From Candidatus Margulisiibacteriota bacterium (GTDB taxonomy: Bacteria > Margulisbacteria > WOR-1 > O2-12-FULL-45-9), in assembly GCA_041658745.1 (NCBI GenBank), contig JBAZZP010000003.1, positions 83,423 to 147,422 on the forward strand: a stretch of 64,000 bases of DNA, read 5' to 3'. Below the pieces are notes generated by a model. That model did no database searches, was not told the origin of the DNA, and saw only the letters and a list, made by a program, of their open reading frames with translations. How positions within the stretch are numbered: the stretch's first letter is position 1; each line of letters opens with the position of its first letter. This document shows positions 41,755 through 50,559 of this stretch, one piece after another. Made by a program: the position numbers and the translations under genes.

Positions 41755-42166
41755 ACATGCCGGGTTTGCTCTGCTGAGCGTAATATTGCTTTGTACTCTT
41801 TTGTTTATAGTAGCTGGCTTATTTGCCAAAATAGTCTATAATTATTCTTTGGGGAACAACGGGTTGCAACAAAGAGCCCAAGCTTATTATCTGGCAGAGG
41901 CAGGAATTGAAAAAGGAAAGACAGAAATTGCCGAAAATCCCGCCTGGTACACCGACCTCCCCAATCATGCCGAAGATGACACTGAGTGGCTTATCAATTC
42001 TGCCGCCGGTCAAACAAACAGCCTAGATTCTGGAAAATTTAAAATTATACGGGAACAAGGCAAAAGCATTCTATATGCGGTTGGTTTTCAGGGAGAAGGG
42101 GTTAATGTCCAAAAAATTGAATTTGCCCCCTTTCCTTTTAAGGAGAAAAAATGGGAAATTATCTAA
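41738..42166 (+). CDS. pseudopilin-like protein lacking Glu5 (GspK/PilX-like)
   Basis: HAGFALLSVILLCTLLFIVAG. Its start overlaps the previous gene. Confidence 0.55.
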   Translation: MAMKTKHAGFALLSVILLCTLLFIVAGLFAKIVYNYSLGNNGLQQRAQAYYLAEAGIEKGKTEIAENPAWYTDLPNHAEDDTEWLINSAAGQTNSLDSGKFKIIREQGKSILYAVGFQGEGVNVQKIEFAPFPFKEKKWEII

Positions 42167-42510
42167 TAGCGGCAACTTCGATTATATTAGCGATCACAGG
42201 TCAATTACTAATGAAAAAAGGGATGATGGTTTTTGGAACCTTTCAAATTTCAGATTTACTCACTAAAATTGTCCCCATGTTTCTTAACCCCTACGTCTTC
42301 CTTGGCTTTTTTTGTTTTGGGCTAAGCTCAATTTTCTGGTTAGTGGTCCTATCTCGTCTCGAAATTAGTTTGGTTTATCCCATGGTAAGTGTGGCATATG
42401 TTATCGTCGCCATTTTTTCCTGGTATGTCTTTAAAGAAAATTTATCGGTTATTCGCTGGGCGGGGATTCTGGTTATTCTTCTCGGGGTATTCTTGATTTC
42501 GCGCAGTTAA
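42151..42510 (+). CDS. small DMT/EamA-half membrane protein (ArnE/ArnF-like, 4 TM)
   Basis: 119 aa with four hydrophobic segments and the C-terminus GILVILLGVFLISRS. Confidence 0.5.
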   Translation: MGNYLIAATSIILAITGQLLMKKGMMVFGTFQISDLLTKIVPMFLNPYVFLGFFCFGLSSIFWLVVLSRLEISLVYPMVSVAYVIVAIFSWYVFKENLSVIRWAGILVILLGVFLISRS

Positions 42511-42512
42511 TT

Positions 42513-43001
42513 TTAACTTTTTCCGTAAAATTTGGTAAAGTCTTCGGGTTTCATATTGTCAATAAAGTCTTTGAATTTTTTAGTTTCTTCCTCGTCCTTC
42601 TCGGCATTTACCAATTTGGCCTGAACCATTACTGTTTCAGAAACTAATATTGGAATGTGAGCACGGACGGCGATGGCAATAGCATCCGAAGGTCTTGAAT
42701 CGAGCAGAATTTTTTTTCCTTCCTTCTCAACTTCAATCGTGGCAAAGAAGGTCCCCTCTTTTATATCACTAATAATTATTCTCTGGATGCTCCCTCCCAT
42801 TTTCTCGACCGCGCTTTTTAGCAAATCATGGGTCATAGGCCGAGGGGGCTTAACGCCTTGCAGCTCCATGGCAATGGCTGCAGCTTCAAATATACCAATC
42901 CAGATAGGAAGAAAATTTATTTCGGCAGCATCACGCAACAATACCAGAGGAGACATGTTTTTGGGATCAAATCCCAATCCACCAATCTGCAGTTCGATCA
43001 T
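42513..43001 (-). CDS. bifunctional nuclease family protein (DUF151/BFN domain)
   Basis: Motifs LPIWIG..EA.AIA, PRPMTHDLL and SRPSDAIAIAVR. Confidence 0.75.
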   Translation of the reverse strand: MIELQIGGLGFDPKNMSPLVLLRDAAEINFLPIWIGIFEAAAIAMELQGVKPPRPMTHDLLKSAVEKMGGSIQRIIISDIKEGTFFATIEVEKEGKKILLDSRPSDAIAIAVRAHIPILVSETVMVQAKLVNAEKDEEETKKFKDFIDNMKPEDFTKFYGKS

Positions 43002-43348
43002 TTTGCGCTTATTTTAGCGATCAACTTCTTCAAATCATCAGCATGATTAATGGCCATGTCGGCAAGCATTTTTCGATCAATTATAATGTTCTGTTTTTTT
43101 AGTAAATGAATAAAGGAGCTATATTTCATCCCTGCTTCTTTTAAGAAAGCATTGATTCTGATAATCCAAAGACCTCGCATGGTCCTCTTTTTAGTTTTGC
43201 GATCAACCGTGGCATGTCGTTGAGCCTTATAGACCGCTTGCTTAGAACGCCTAAACTGGACTCTTAGTGAACCACGAAAACCCTTTGCCCTGGCGCGAAC
43301 CTTCTTGCGGCGGCGACGAGCAACAAATCCACGTTTTACCCTAACCAT
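42998..43348 (-). CDS. rplT: 50S ribosomal protein L20
   Basis: MVRVKRGFVARRRRKKV..DRK.LADMAI. Confidence 0.93.
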   Translation of the reverse strand: MVRVKRGFVARRRRKKVRARAKGFRGSLRVQFRRSKQAVYKAQRHATVDRKTKKRTMRGLWIIRINAFLKEAGMKYSSFIHLLKKQNIIIDRKMLADMAINHADDLKKLIAKISAK

Positions 43349-43349
43349 T

Positions 43350-43550
43350 TTAAAAACCTCCCGGCAGCATGAGTTTTACTCGAGCCCTATCAGAATCAGA
43401 CACCATGCCTGCTTTTCCAAGGCCCCTCTTTGATTTTGATCGCTTCGTGGCTAAAAGATGTCTCATGCCCGAATGATGACGCTTTACTTTGCCGGAACTT
43501 GTAACATGAAATCGTTTTGCGGCTGCTTTTCTGGTCTTTATTTTTGGCAT
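43350..43550 (-). CDS. rpmI: 50S ribosomal protein L35
   Basis: MPKIKTRKAAAKRF..SGKVKR. Confidence 0.92.
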   Translation of the reverse strand: MPKIKTRKAAAKRFHVTSSGKVKRHHSGMRHLLATKRSKSKRGLGKAGMVSDSDRARVKLMLPGGF

Positions 43551-43559
43551 TTTTTTACC

Positions 43560-44063
43560 TTACTTTGGGACAATAATTGCAATTAGCAACTTCCCGAACA
43601 TTTTGGGCGGTGATTCAACCTTTGCAACATCCGTCACCGCATCAATTAATCTTTCCATTATCTTTTTCCCCAATTCCGAATGCATCATTTCTCTTCCCCG
43701 GAATTGGAGAGTTGCTTTTACTTTATTCTTTTTCTCAATACACTCGCGTACCTTTTGGACGCGGACTTCAAAATCGTGTTGGGCAATTTTGGCAGAAAGC
43801 TTAACTTCTTTTAAGACGCCGGCTTTTTGAGCCTTACGAGCTTCTTTGTCGCGCTTGCTTTCTTCATATTTCAATTTTCCGATATCACTGATCCGGCAAA
43901 CTGGAGGGTTGGCATCTGGTGCAATTAAAACTAAGTCCAAACCTCTCTCGCGGGCGGCACTCAAGGCATTCGGCAGAGGCATAACCCCCAACTGCCCACC
44001 AGCTTCATCCACAACTCGAACCTCTCGAGCGCGAATCCTATCGTTTATGATGAAATACTTAAT
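43560..44063 (-). CDS. infC: translation initiation factor IF-3 (ATT start codon)
   Basis: The frame is open back to a TAA at 44072-44070. The only plausible initiator is ATT at 44063-44061, giving IKYFIINDRIRAREVRVVDEAGGQLGV.., which matches the conserved IF-3 N-terminus. Confidence 0.85.
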   Translation of the reverse strand: MKYFIINDRIRAREVRVVDEAGGQLGVMPLPNALSAARERGLDLVLIAPDANPPVCRISDIGKLKYEESKRDKEARKAQKAGVLKEVKLSAKIAQHDFEVRVQKVRECIEKKNKVKATLQFRGREMMHSELGKKIMERLIDAVTDVAKVESPPKMFGKLLIAIIVPK

Positions 44064-44099
44064 ACCTAATTAACCCCCGATGTCTCTATTATATACGAT

Positions 44100-45818
44100 T
44101 TAGCTTTTCTTGTCTATCTCTAAGCGCAGAAGGGCAACAAAATCGATAAGACTGATTGAGCCCATATCGCCAGTTGTTCGGTGTCGCAAAGACAATACGC
44201 CGGCTTGTTCTTCTTTATCGCCCAAGATTAGCATATAAGGCACTTTTTGCATTTGGGCATCACGGATCTTGGCCCCAATTTTCTCGCGCCGCGCGTCAAG
44301 CTCAACACGAAACCCATTATTTTTTAATTCATCCGCCATTTTTTGGGCATAAGCATTGTGGCGATCGGCAATCGGAAGAAGAATGGCTTGTACCGGCGCT
44401 AACCAGAGCGGGAAATTGCCCGCATAATGTTCTATCAGCGCACCAAAAAAGCGCTCAATGCTCCCCAATACCGCCCGATGAACCATTACTGGAACCTGTT
44501 TGGTTCCATCTTCGGCAGTATAAGACAGATTAAAGCGCTGCGGCAAATTAAAATCAACCTGAACAGTTGGCCCCTGCCAAAGACGACCAAGGGCGTCTTT
44601 TAATTTAACGTCAATTTTGGGCCCATAAAATACGCCAGCTCCGGGATCAATTTGAAACGGAATATTCCGATCTTGCAGCGTTTTTTCTAAAACTGAGGTT
44701 GCGTGATCCCAGTTTTCAATTGTTCCCGCATAGCTTTCGGGGCGAGTAGAAAGATTAACTTCATATTCAAACTTGAAGACTTGCATCACATAATTAATGA
44801 ACTCCAATACAGCTAAAATCTCATCTTCTAATTGTTCCGGTCGGCAAAAGATATGGGCATCGTCTTGCGTAAAACCACGAACTCGAAGCAGGCCGTGTAA
44901 GACCCCCGATTTTTCATAGCGATAAACCGTCCCTAATTCAAAAAAACGCATGGGTAAATCTCGGTAGCTGACCGGTTTGCGCTGATAAATTAAAATATGA
45001 CCCGGGCAATTCATCGGCTTGATGACATAATCCTGCTCATCGATCTGCATAAAATACATGTTTTCTTTGTAATAATTGGTATGGCCAGAGGTGTTCCACA
45101 AATCCACTTTGGCGATGTGGGGAATATTAACTAATTCATAGCCTCTTTTTAAATTTTCGTCCTTTAAAAAAGTTTCAATAATGTTGCGAATAATCGCGCC
45201 TTTGGGATGATAATAGACGAAGCCCGCCCCTGCTTCTTCGTGGATAGAAAACAAATCCAGGTCTTTGCCTAATTTACGATGATCCCGCTTTTTTGCTTCT
45301 TCCAGATTTTTTAAATACTCATCTAATTCTTTTTGTGAAAAGAAGGCAATTCCATAAATTCGTTGCATGACCGGATTAGTTTCAATCCCATGCCAATAGG
45401 CTCCGGCAATAGAGGTCAATTTAAAAGCTTTGATGTGACTAGTGGATTCCAGATGAGGGCCGCGGCACAAATCGATAAAATCTCCATTGCGGTAAATAGT
45501 TACATTGTCGCCTTCTATTTCCCGAATCAGTTCAACTTTAAATTTTTGTTGTTTTTCTTCAAATAACTTAGTCGCTTCCGCTTTTGAGAGTAATTGTTGT
45601 TCAAACTTTTGGTTGACTTTAACAATTTCTGCCATTTTATCTTCAATTTTGGGCAAATCTTCGGGGGTTAATTGCTGAGGGATTTCAAAGTCATAATAAA
45701 ACCCGTCTTCAATCGCCGGGCCAATCCCTAATTTCGCTTCAGGAAAGAGAGAAAGCACCGCTTGCGCCATGACATGGGCCGTCGAATGTCGAAGAGTTTC
45801 GAGATCAGGGTGAGACAT
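44100..45818 (-). CDS. thrS: threonyl-tRNA synthetase lacking the N-terminal TGS domain
   Basis: 572 aa. It starts directly at the editing-domain motif LRHSTAHVMAQAV..GPAIEDGFYYDF. Class II motifs and the anticodon-binding domain are present. Confidence 0.92.
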   Translation of the reverse strand: MSHPDLETLRHSTAHVMAQAVLSLFPEAKLGIGPAIEDGFYYDFEIPQQLTPEDLPKIEDKMAEIVKVNQKFEQQLLSKAEATKLFEEKQQKFKVELIREIEGDNVTIYRNGDFIDLCRGPHLESTSHIKAFKLTSIAGAYWHGIETNPVMQRIYGIAFFSQKELDEYLKNLEEAKKRDHRKLGKDLDLFSIHEEAGAGFVYYHPKGAIIRNIIETFLKDENLKRGYELVNIPHIAKVDLWNTSGHTNYYKENMYFMQIDEQDYVIKPMNCPGHILIYQRKPVSYRDLPMRFFELGTVYRYEKSGVLHGLLRVRGFTQDDAHIFCRPEQLEDEILAVLEFINYVMQVFKFEYEVNLSTRPESYAGTIENWDHATSVLEKTLQDRNIPFQIDPGAGVFYGPKIDVKLKDALGRLWQGPTVQVDFNLPQRFNLSYTAEDGTKQVPVMVHRAVLGSIERFFGALIEHYAGNFPLWLAPVQAILLPIADRHNAYAQKMADELKNNGFRVELDARREKIGAKIRDAQMQKVPYMLILGDKEEQAGVLSLRHRTTGDMGSISLIDFVALLRLEIDKKS

Positions 45819-45874
45819 ATAAAATCAGTATAGCACGGGGTGAAAAGCACTGTAAAGAAGGGAAAATGGGACAA

Positions 45875-46432
45875 TCAGCGATATATACGAAGATTGATCT
45901 CTGGTTTCCCCAGCCAATTTTCGCTGTTGAGGTTATATAAAGCGCGCGGAGAAAGCGTCCCACGCATACTAAGCATGGCCTGCGCAATACGCAAACCCAG
46001 AAAAGCGAAAACCCAACTTCTTATTTCTTCAAAATCCATACCAAGCTTATCAGCCATATGATAATGAAAGAGCTGAAAGATGCCCATCGCCATCATTGGC
46101 CATTTTTCTATTCGCTTAAAGCCATTATCTTTATTGGTTTCATAACACAAATCTAGGTCGGCTTGATCGACCGACAAAAACTGGTCAATTAAGGATAGAT
46201 AATGCCCCTGCATCGCACGGGCAGCTGCTTTTCCGTAACTTTTTTCGGAGAGATGCAGAAAAAAGGCCGTAAACTCAGCATCCCACTCTCCGAAAGTGAG
46301 CGGACCAAGCAGTAGTTTGCGGGGGATATCGGCCGCGTTTATAACTGGCGAAGAATTTTGTTCAGAATTTATAATCGCAATTACTTCTTGAGGAACAAGC
46401 TGCTTAGTCTCAATATTGTTTTCCATGTGCAT
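45875..46432 (-). CDS. hypothetical protein
   Basis: 185-aa ORF. TAATAT lies 7 nt upstream of the ATG. No motif recognised. Confidence 0.5.
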   Translation of the reverse strand: MHMENNIETKQLVPQEVIAIINSEQNSSPVINAADIPRKLLLGPLTFGEWDAEFTAFFLHLSEKSYGKAAARAMQGHYLSLIDQFLSVDQADLDLCYETNKDNGFKRIEKWPMMAMGIFQLFHYHMADKLGMDFEEIRSWVFAFLGLRIAQAMLSMRGTLSPRALYNLNSENWLGKPEINLRIYR

Positions 46433-46477
46433 TTCATAAATATTATCGGAGGAAAACCAGAAAAACTTGCGTGAAAG

Positions 46478-47620
46478 CTATGCCGGGGAGTTTTCTCTTG
46501 CCCATTTGTCGGCGGCTAGAATATCTTCCAATGTTGGGTTTTCAATGTTTTGGTGCTGATCCATCGCCGCTTTAATCTTCTCTGCAATCTGGCCAAAATT
46601 AATTTTCCCTTTGAGGAACAACTTTATCGCTTCTTCGTTGGCTGCATTAACCACGGCTGGCATGGTTCCCTTTTTCTGCCCAGCTTCATAGGCAAAGCCA
46701 AGGCAAGGGAATTTAATTTTATCGGGTGGAAGAAAGCTCATTTCCATAGTTTTTGCAAAGCTTAAACGACTCCACATGTTAGGAAAGCGCGTTTCTTCTA
46801 GCAAAGCGTACTGGATCGGAATGCGCATGTCCGGCGCCCCTAGCTGGGCTTTAACCGAACCATCCGCAAACTCAACCATCGAATGAATAATGCTTTGCGG
46901 ATGGACAACAACTTCAATTTGGGAATAATCTAGACCAAATAAATAATGGGCCTCGATTACTTCAAAACCCTTATTCATTAATGTGGCTGAATCAATGGTA
47001 ATTTTGGGCCCCATTTTCCAGGTTGGGTGCTGGAGCGCTTCTTTTGCGGTCATCAAAGCCATCTTTTCAGACGGGGTTTTTAAAAATGGGCCACCTGAAG
47101 CGGTTAGAATTAACTTTTTGATGCTTTTTGGGTCCTCGCCTTTTAAGCATTGGGCAATAGCGCTGTGTTCCGAATCAATGGGAAAGATTTTTATTCCAGC
47201 TGCCTTGGCCTCGCGCATAAAAATTTCGCCGGCTGCCACCAAAACTTCTTTGGTCGCTAAAGCAATATCCTTTTTGAGTTTGACCGCCTCAAGCACCGCC
47301 GTTAAAGCTAAAGATCCGGGGATAGCTACAACCAGCATTTTGGCTTCAGGAATAGTCGCAACTTTCAAAAGGCCTTCGGCACCAAACACAATTTGAACTT
47401 TTGAAGTTCCTAGTTTTTCTTCAACTTTAGCTTTTACAGCTTCGTTTTCAACCGAAACCAACTTGGGAGCAAACTTTTTAATTTGTCCAACGATTAAATC
47501 AACTTCGTCTTTGGCAGCTAGGGCGACAACAGTTAAGCTACTGGGGAAAATTGAGACGACTTCCAAGGTTTGTTTGCCGATGGAGCCAGTGGAACCAAGA
47601 ATTGATAGCCCTTTTTTCAT
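46478..47620 (-). CDS. dxr: 1-deoxy-D-xylulose 5-phosphate reductoisomerase
   Basis: Motifs ILGSTGSIGKQTL, DSEHSAI and NAANEEA. Confidence 0.93.
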   Translation of the reverse strand: MKKGLSILGSTGSIGKQTLEVVSIFPSSLTVVALAAKDEVDLIVGQIKKFAPKLVSVENEAVKAKVEEKLGTSKVQIVFGAEGLLKVATIPEAKMLVVAIPGSLALTAVLEAVKLKKDIALATKEVLVAAGEIFMREAKAAGIKIFPIDSEHSAIAQCLKGEDPKSIKKLILTASGGPFLKTPSEKMALMTAKEALQHPTWKMGPKITIDSATLMNKGFEVIEAHYLFGLDYSQIEVVVHPQSIIHSMVEFADGSVKAQLGAPDMRIPIQYALLEETRFPNMWSRLSFAKTMEMSFLPPDKIKFPCLGFAYEAGQKKGTMPAVVNAANEEAIKLFLKGKINFGQIAEKIKAAMDQHQNIENPTLEDILAADKWARENSPA

Positions 47621-47631
47621 GATAATTGATT

Positions 47632-48486
47632 TTATACCAGCTTCAAATTTATATCCAGTGCCTTAGAGGAATGCGTTAGCTCGCCAATCGAAATAAAATC
47701 CACGCCAGTAGCGGCAATTTTCGCAACTGTTTTTAAATTTACTCCGCCAGACGCTTCGGTTTTTATCCCAGCCTCTTTGCATAATTTAACCGCTTGCCTT
47801 AGAGTTTTAATCTCCATATTATCTAAAAGTATCCTCCCAGCCCCCACTTCAATTGCTTCTTTGACTTCCCCTATTGTCTTTGCTTCAATTTCCGCCCTAA
47901 GCCCTCTCCATCTTCCCTTGCCCTTCCTTGCCTTTCCTTGCCCCTCAACTGCTTCAATCGCTTCTTTCACGCCTCCCGCCAAAGCAATGTGATTATCTTT
48001 AATTAACACAGCATCGTAAAGCCCCATCCGATGGTTAGTTCCGCCACCACACTTGACCGCGTACTTTTCCAAGGAACGTAATCCTGGGATCGTTTTTCGA
48101 GTATCTAGCACTTTGACCATCGACAATGGACCCTGGACTTTTGCAACGAATTTTGCCGTCAGCGTAGAAACCCCAGAAAGATGTTGCAGAAAATTTAACG
48201 CTACGCGCTCGCCCGTTAGTATCCCGCGAGCTGGCCCAGACAGTTCAGCTAAAATTGTCCCCGCCTTAACTAATTGGCCATCTCGGCATTTTGGAATAAA
48301 TTTAATTCTACAATCGATCTGCCGAAAAACCTCACGGGCAATGTCTATCCCCGCAATAACTCCGGCTTCTTTAGCGCGAATAACCGCTTTGGCAATTTTA
48401 TCTCTTGCCACAATCGCATTGGTCGTGATATCTCCCGTGCCAACGTCTTCTTTTAGCGCCGCTTTAATTATTTCAATATAACCCAT
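47632..48486 (-). CDS. nadC: nicotinate-nucleotide pyrophosphorylase (carboxylating)
   Basis: Motifs DVGTGDITT, LDTRKTIPGLR, GGG.NHR.GLYDAVLIKDNH and LLDNM. Confidence 0.9.
   Translation of the reverse strand: MGYIEIIKAALKEDVGTGDITTNAIVARDKIAKAVIRAKEAGVIAGIDIAREVFRQIDCRIKFIPKCRDGQLVKAGTILAELSGPARGILTGERVALNFLQHLSGVSTLTAKFVAKVQGPLSMVKVLDTRKTIPGLRSLEKYAVKCGGGTNHRMGLYDAVLIKDNHIALAGGVKEAIEAVEGQGKARKGKGRWRGLRAEIEAKTIGEVKEAIEVGAGRILLDNMEIKTLRQAVKLCKEAGIKTEASGGVNLKTVAKIAATGVDFISIGELTHSSKALDINLKLV
47901..47946. repeat. decamer array GCCYTTCCTT (about 4.5 units) inside nadC
   Basis: Reads gccctctcca tcttccctt gcccttcctt gcctttcctt gcccctc. It encodes ..EGQGKARKGKGRWRG.. and belongs to the same family as 1021-1056. 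Confidence 0.75.
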
Positions 48487-49274
48487 ACTAGATAATAGTA
48501 GACGATCGGTGCAGCCAAAATAAAGCTGTCCATCCGATCCAACATCCCTCCGTGTCCTGGAACTAATTGGGAAGAATCCTTAACTCCAGCATCCCGCTTA
48601 ATTAAAGACTCCACCAAATCACTGAACTGGGCCACGATGCCAATAATTGCCCCTAAGATCAAAGAATGTACCATTTCAAACCCAGCGTAATAACCAAACA
48701 CTCCTGCCGCAATAATACAAAAAACAAAACCGGCAGCGGCCCCCTCAATGCTTTTCTTAGGAGAAACCGAAGGCCAAAGCTTATGTCGGCCAAACTTTTT
48801 TCCCACAAAATAGGCAATGGTATCTAGCGCCCAAATCGTTACCATCATAAACAATAAATAACCACCACGTTCGGTTAGCGCTCGAATGTATAAAAAATAA
48901 CTAAAAAACCACCCAATATAAATCATGCCTAGCAAAGTTACCGCAATATCGACAATTGCTTCCTTGGGTCGTTGTTTTAAAAAGAGAGTGGCAATCATCG
49001 TTGCCAAAGCTGCTCCCGTAAAAATGGCCGATTGAGCAGGTTCCCAGTTTTTCTTTAGAGCAAGATATGCGAAAACAATAAAAAAGATGGTAAAAAAATT
49101 ACCCACCCAATAGGCCGGGTGAAAATCTTTATTGCGCATCATATTGTAAAATTCATTGATAGCAATAATGGCTAGAAAAAGCACCATGGCCAAAAAGGGA
49201 ATCCCGCCCCAATAGACACACAAGACCAAAAGAGGGACAGAGATTAAAGCCGTAATAATTCTAAGCCACATCAC
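48468..49274 (-). CDS. cdsA: phosphatidate cytidylyltransferase
   Basis: 268 aa, multi-TM, with C-terminal motif SLIKRDAGVKDSSQLVPGHGGMLDRMDS. Confidence 0.9.
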   Translation of the reverse strand: MMWLRIITALISVPLLVLCVYWGGIPFLAMVLFLAIIAINEFYNMMRNKDFHPAYWVGNFFTIFFIVFAYLALKKNWEPAQSAIFTGAALATMIATLFLKQRPKEAIVDIAVTLLGMIYIGWFFSYFLYIRALTERGGYLLFMMVTIWALDTIAYFVGKKFGRHKLWPSVSPKKSIEGAAAGFVFCIIAAGVFGYYAGFEMVHSLILGAIIGIVAQFSDLVESLIKRDAGVKDSSQLVPGHGGMLDRMDSFILAAPIVYYYLVWVILK

Positions 49275-49980
49275 TCACCTGCTCTTTAGTTTTACCAAAT
49301 TTGCGTGTACGTTTCTGAAAATCTTCGATGGCAGCAATTAGTTGTTCCCGGCGAAAATCGGGCCAATAAGTAGGAGTCACATAAATTTCGGCATAGGCTA
49401 TTTGCCATAACAGAAAATTGGACACTCGCATCTCATTAGCAGTACGAATCAGCAGGTCAGGGTCAGGCATGTTTTTTGTGTATAGATATTGGGAAATTGT
49501 TTCCTCGTTTATTTCGTCATTTTTTAATTCGTCATTCGTCATTCGTTTACATGCATCTACTAGTTCGGCTCGCCCCCCATAATTAACCATTACATTTAAA
49601 GTGATGCGAGAATTGTTTTTGGTGGTTTCCATTGAGTTCTTCATTCTTTGTTGCAAGGCCAAAGAAAATTGTTCGAGCCGACCTAAGAAGTTAAGCTTAA
49701 CACTATTGGCCATCAAATCATCGATTTCACTATCAATGGTTTGCATAAAAAGATCCATTAAAAAATCAACTTCTTCTTGTGGTCTCCTCCAATTTTCGGT
49801 AGAAAAAGCATAGACGGTTAAATATTTTACGCCAAACTCAGCACAAGCCTTGAGGATTGCTCGAACAGATTCTGCTCCTTCTTTGTGGCCAGCAATGCGC
49901 GGCAGACCCTTTGCCTGCGCCCAACGCCCGTTCCCATCCATGATAATTGCAATGTGTTGAGGAATGTTATTGCGATCCAT
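49261..49980 (-). CDS. uppS: di-trans,poly-cis-undecaprenyl-diphosphate synthase
   Basis: Motifs HIAIIMDGNGRWA, AFSTENW.RP and RVSNFLLWQIAYAE. Confidence 0.92.
   Translation of the reverse strand: MDRNNIPQHIAIIMDGNGRWAQAKGLPRIAGHKEGAESVRAILKACAEFGVKYLTVYAFSTENWRRPQEEVDFLMDLFMQTIDSEIDDLMANSVKLNFLGRLEQFSLALQQRMKNSMETTKNNSRITLNVMVNYGGRAELVDACKRMTNDELKNDEINEETISQYLYTKNMPDPDLLIRTANEMRVSNFLLWQIAYAEIYVTPTYWPDFRREQLIAAIEDFQKRTRKFGKTKEQVSDVA
49513..49548. repeat. heptamer repeats TTCGTCA (1 + 3 tandem) inside uppS
   Basis: Reads ttcgtca(49513-19) .. ttcgtca ttcgtca ttcgttt(49528-48). It encodes KRMTNDELKNDEI. Confidence 0.75.
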
Positions 49981-49995
49981 TTGCCCATCCTAAAA

Positions 49996-50550
49996 CTAAA
50001 CCTCGAGAATTTCTTTTTCCTTAGAATGTAATATTTTGTCAATGTCGGCAGAATATTTGTCGGTTAGTTCCTGGACTTTTTTGTCCTGGGTTTTTTCTTC
50101 ATCCTCGGTGATTTGTTTTTCGTTTTTCTTTTTTTTGAGAGCTTCCACTGCTTCGCGACGAATATTACGCAACGCTACCTTGCTTTCTTCCGATTCCTTT
50201 TTAACCGTTTTTACGAGTTCTTTGCGCCGTTCCTCGGAAGGGGAAGGGAGGGAAAGGCGAATAACGTTAGCATCTCTCCGCGGATTAAGTCCCAAATCAG
50301 ACGACATCAAGGCCCTTTCAATATCGGCAGAAGCATTTTTATCGAACGGGGTGATCACCAAACTGCGTGGCTCTGGAGCGGAAACCTGGGCAATTTGTTT
50401 TAGAGGCACATCCGACCCATAATATGAAACCTTAATGTGATCAAGCAAGGAGGGATTGGCGCGACCAGTCCTAACCCCCGACAGGTTCTTCTTTAATGCT
50501 TCCAGTGCTTTTTGCATTTTAATTTCGCTTTCTTTAATTACATCTTGCAT
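49996..50550 (-). CDS. frr: ribosome recycling factor
   Basis: 184 aa. Motifs VRTGRANPSLLD, LGLNP and EERRKELVK. Confidence 0.93.
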   Translation of the reverse strand: MQDVIKESEIKMQKALEALKKNLSGVRTGRANPSLLDHIKVSYYGSDVPLKQIAQVSAPEPRSLVITPFDKNASADIERALMSSDLGLNPRRDANVIRLSLPSPSEERRKELVKTVKKESEESKVALRNIRREAVEALKKKKNEKQITEDEEKTQDKKVQELTDKYSADIDKILHSKEKEILEV

Positions 50551-50559
50551 AGTTCCCTC

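Noticed and set aside
50236-50258. The purine-rich tract ggaaggggaagggagggaaaggc in frr, which resembles the GCCNTTCCTT decamer family.
   Set aside because: It encodes ..IRLSLPSPSEERRK.., which aligns without a length difference to the conserved Frr segment (E. coli ..IRVPLPPLTEERRK.., from memory). It is native coding sequence, not an insertion.
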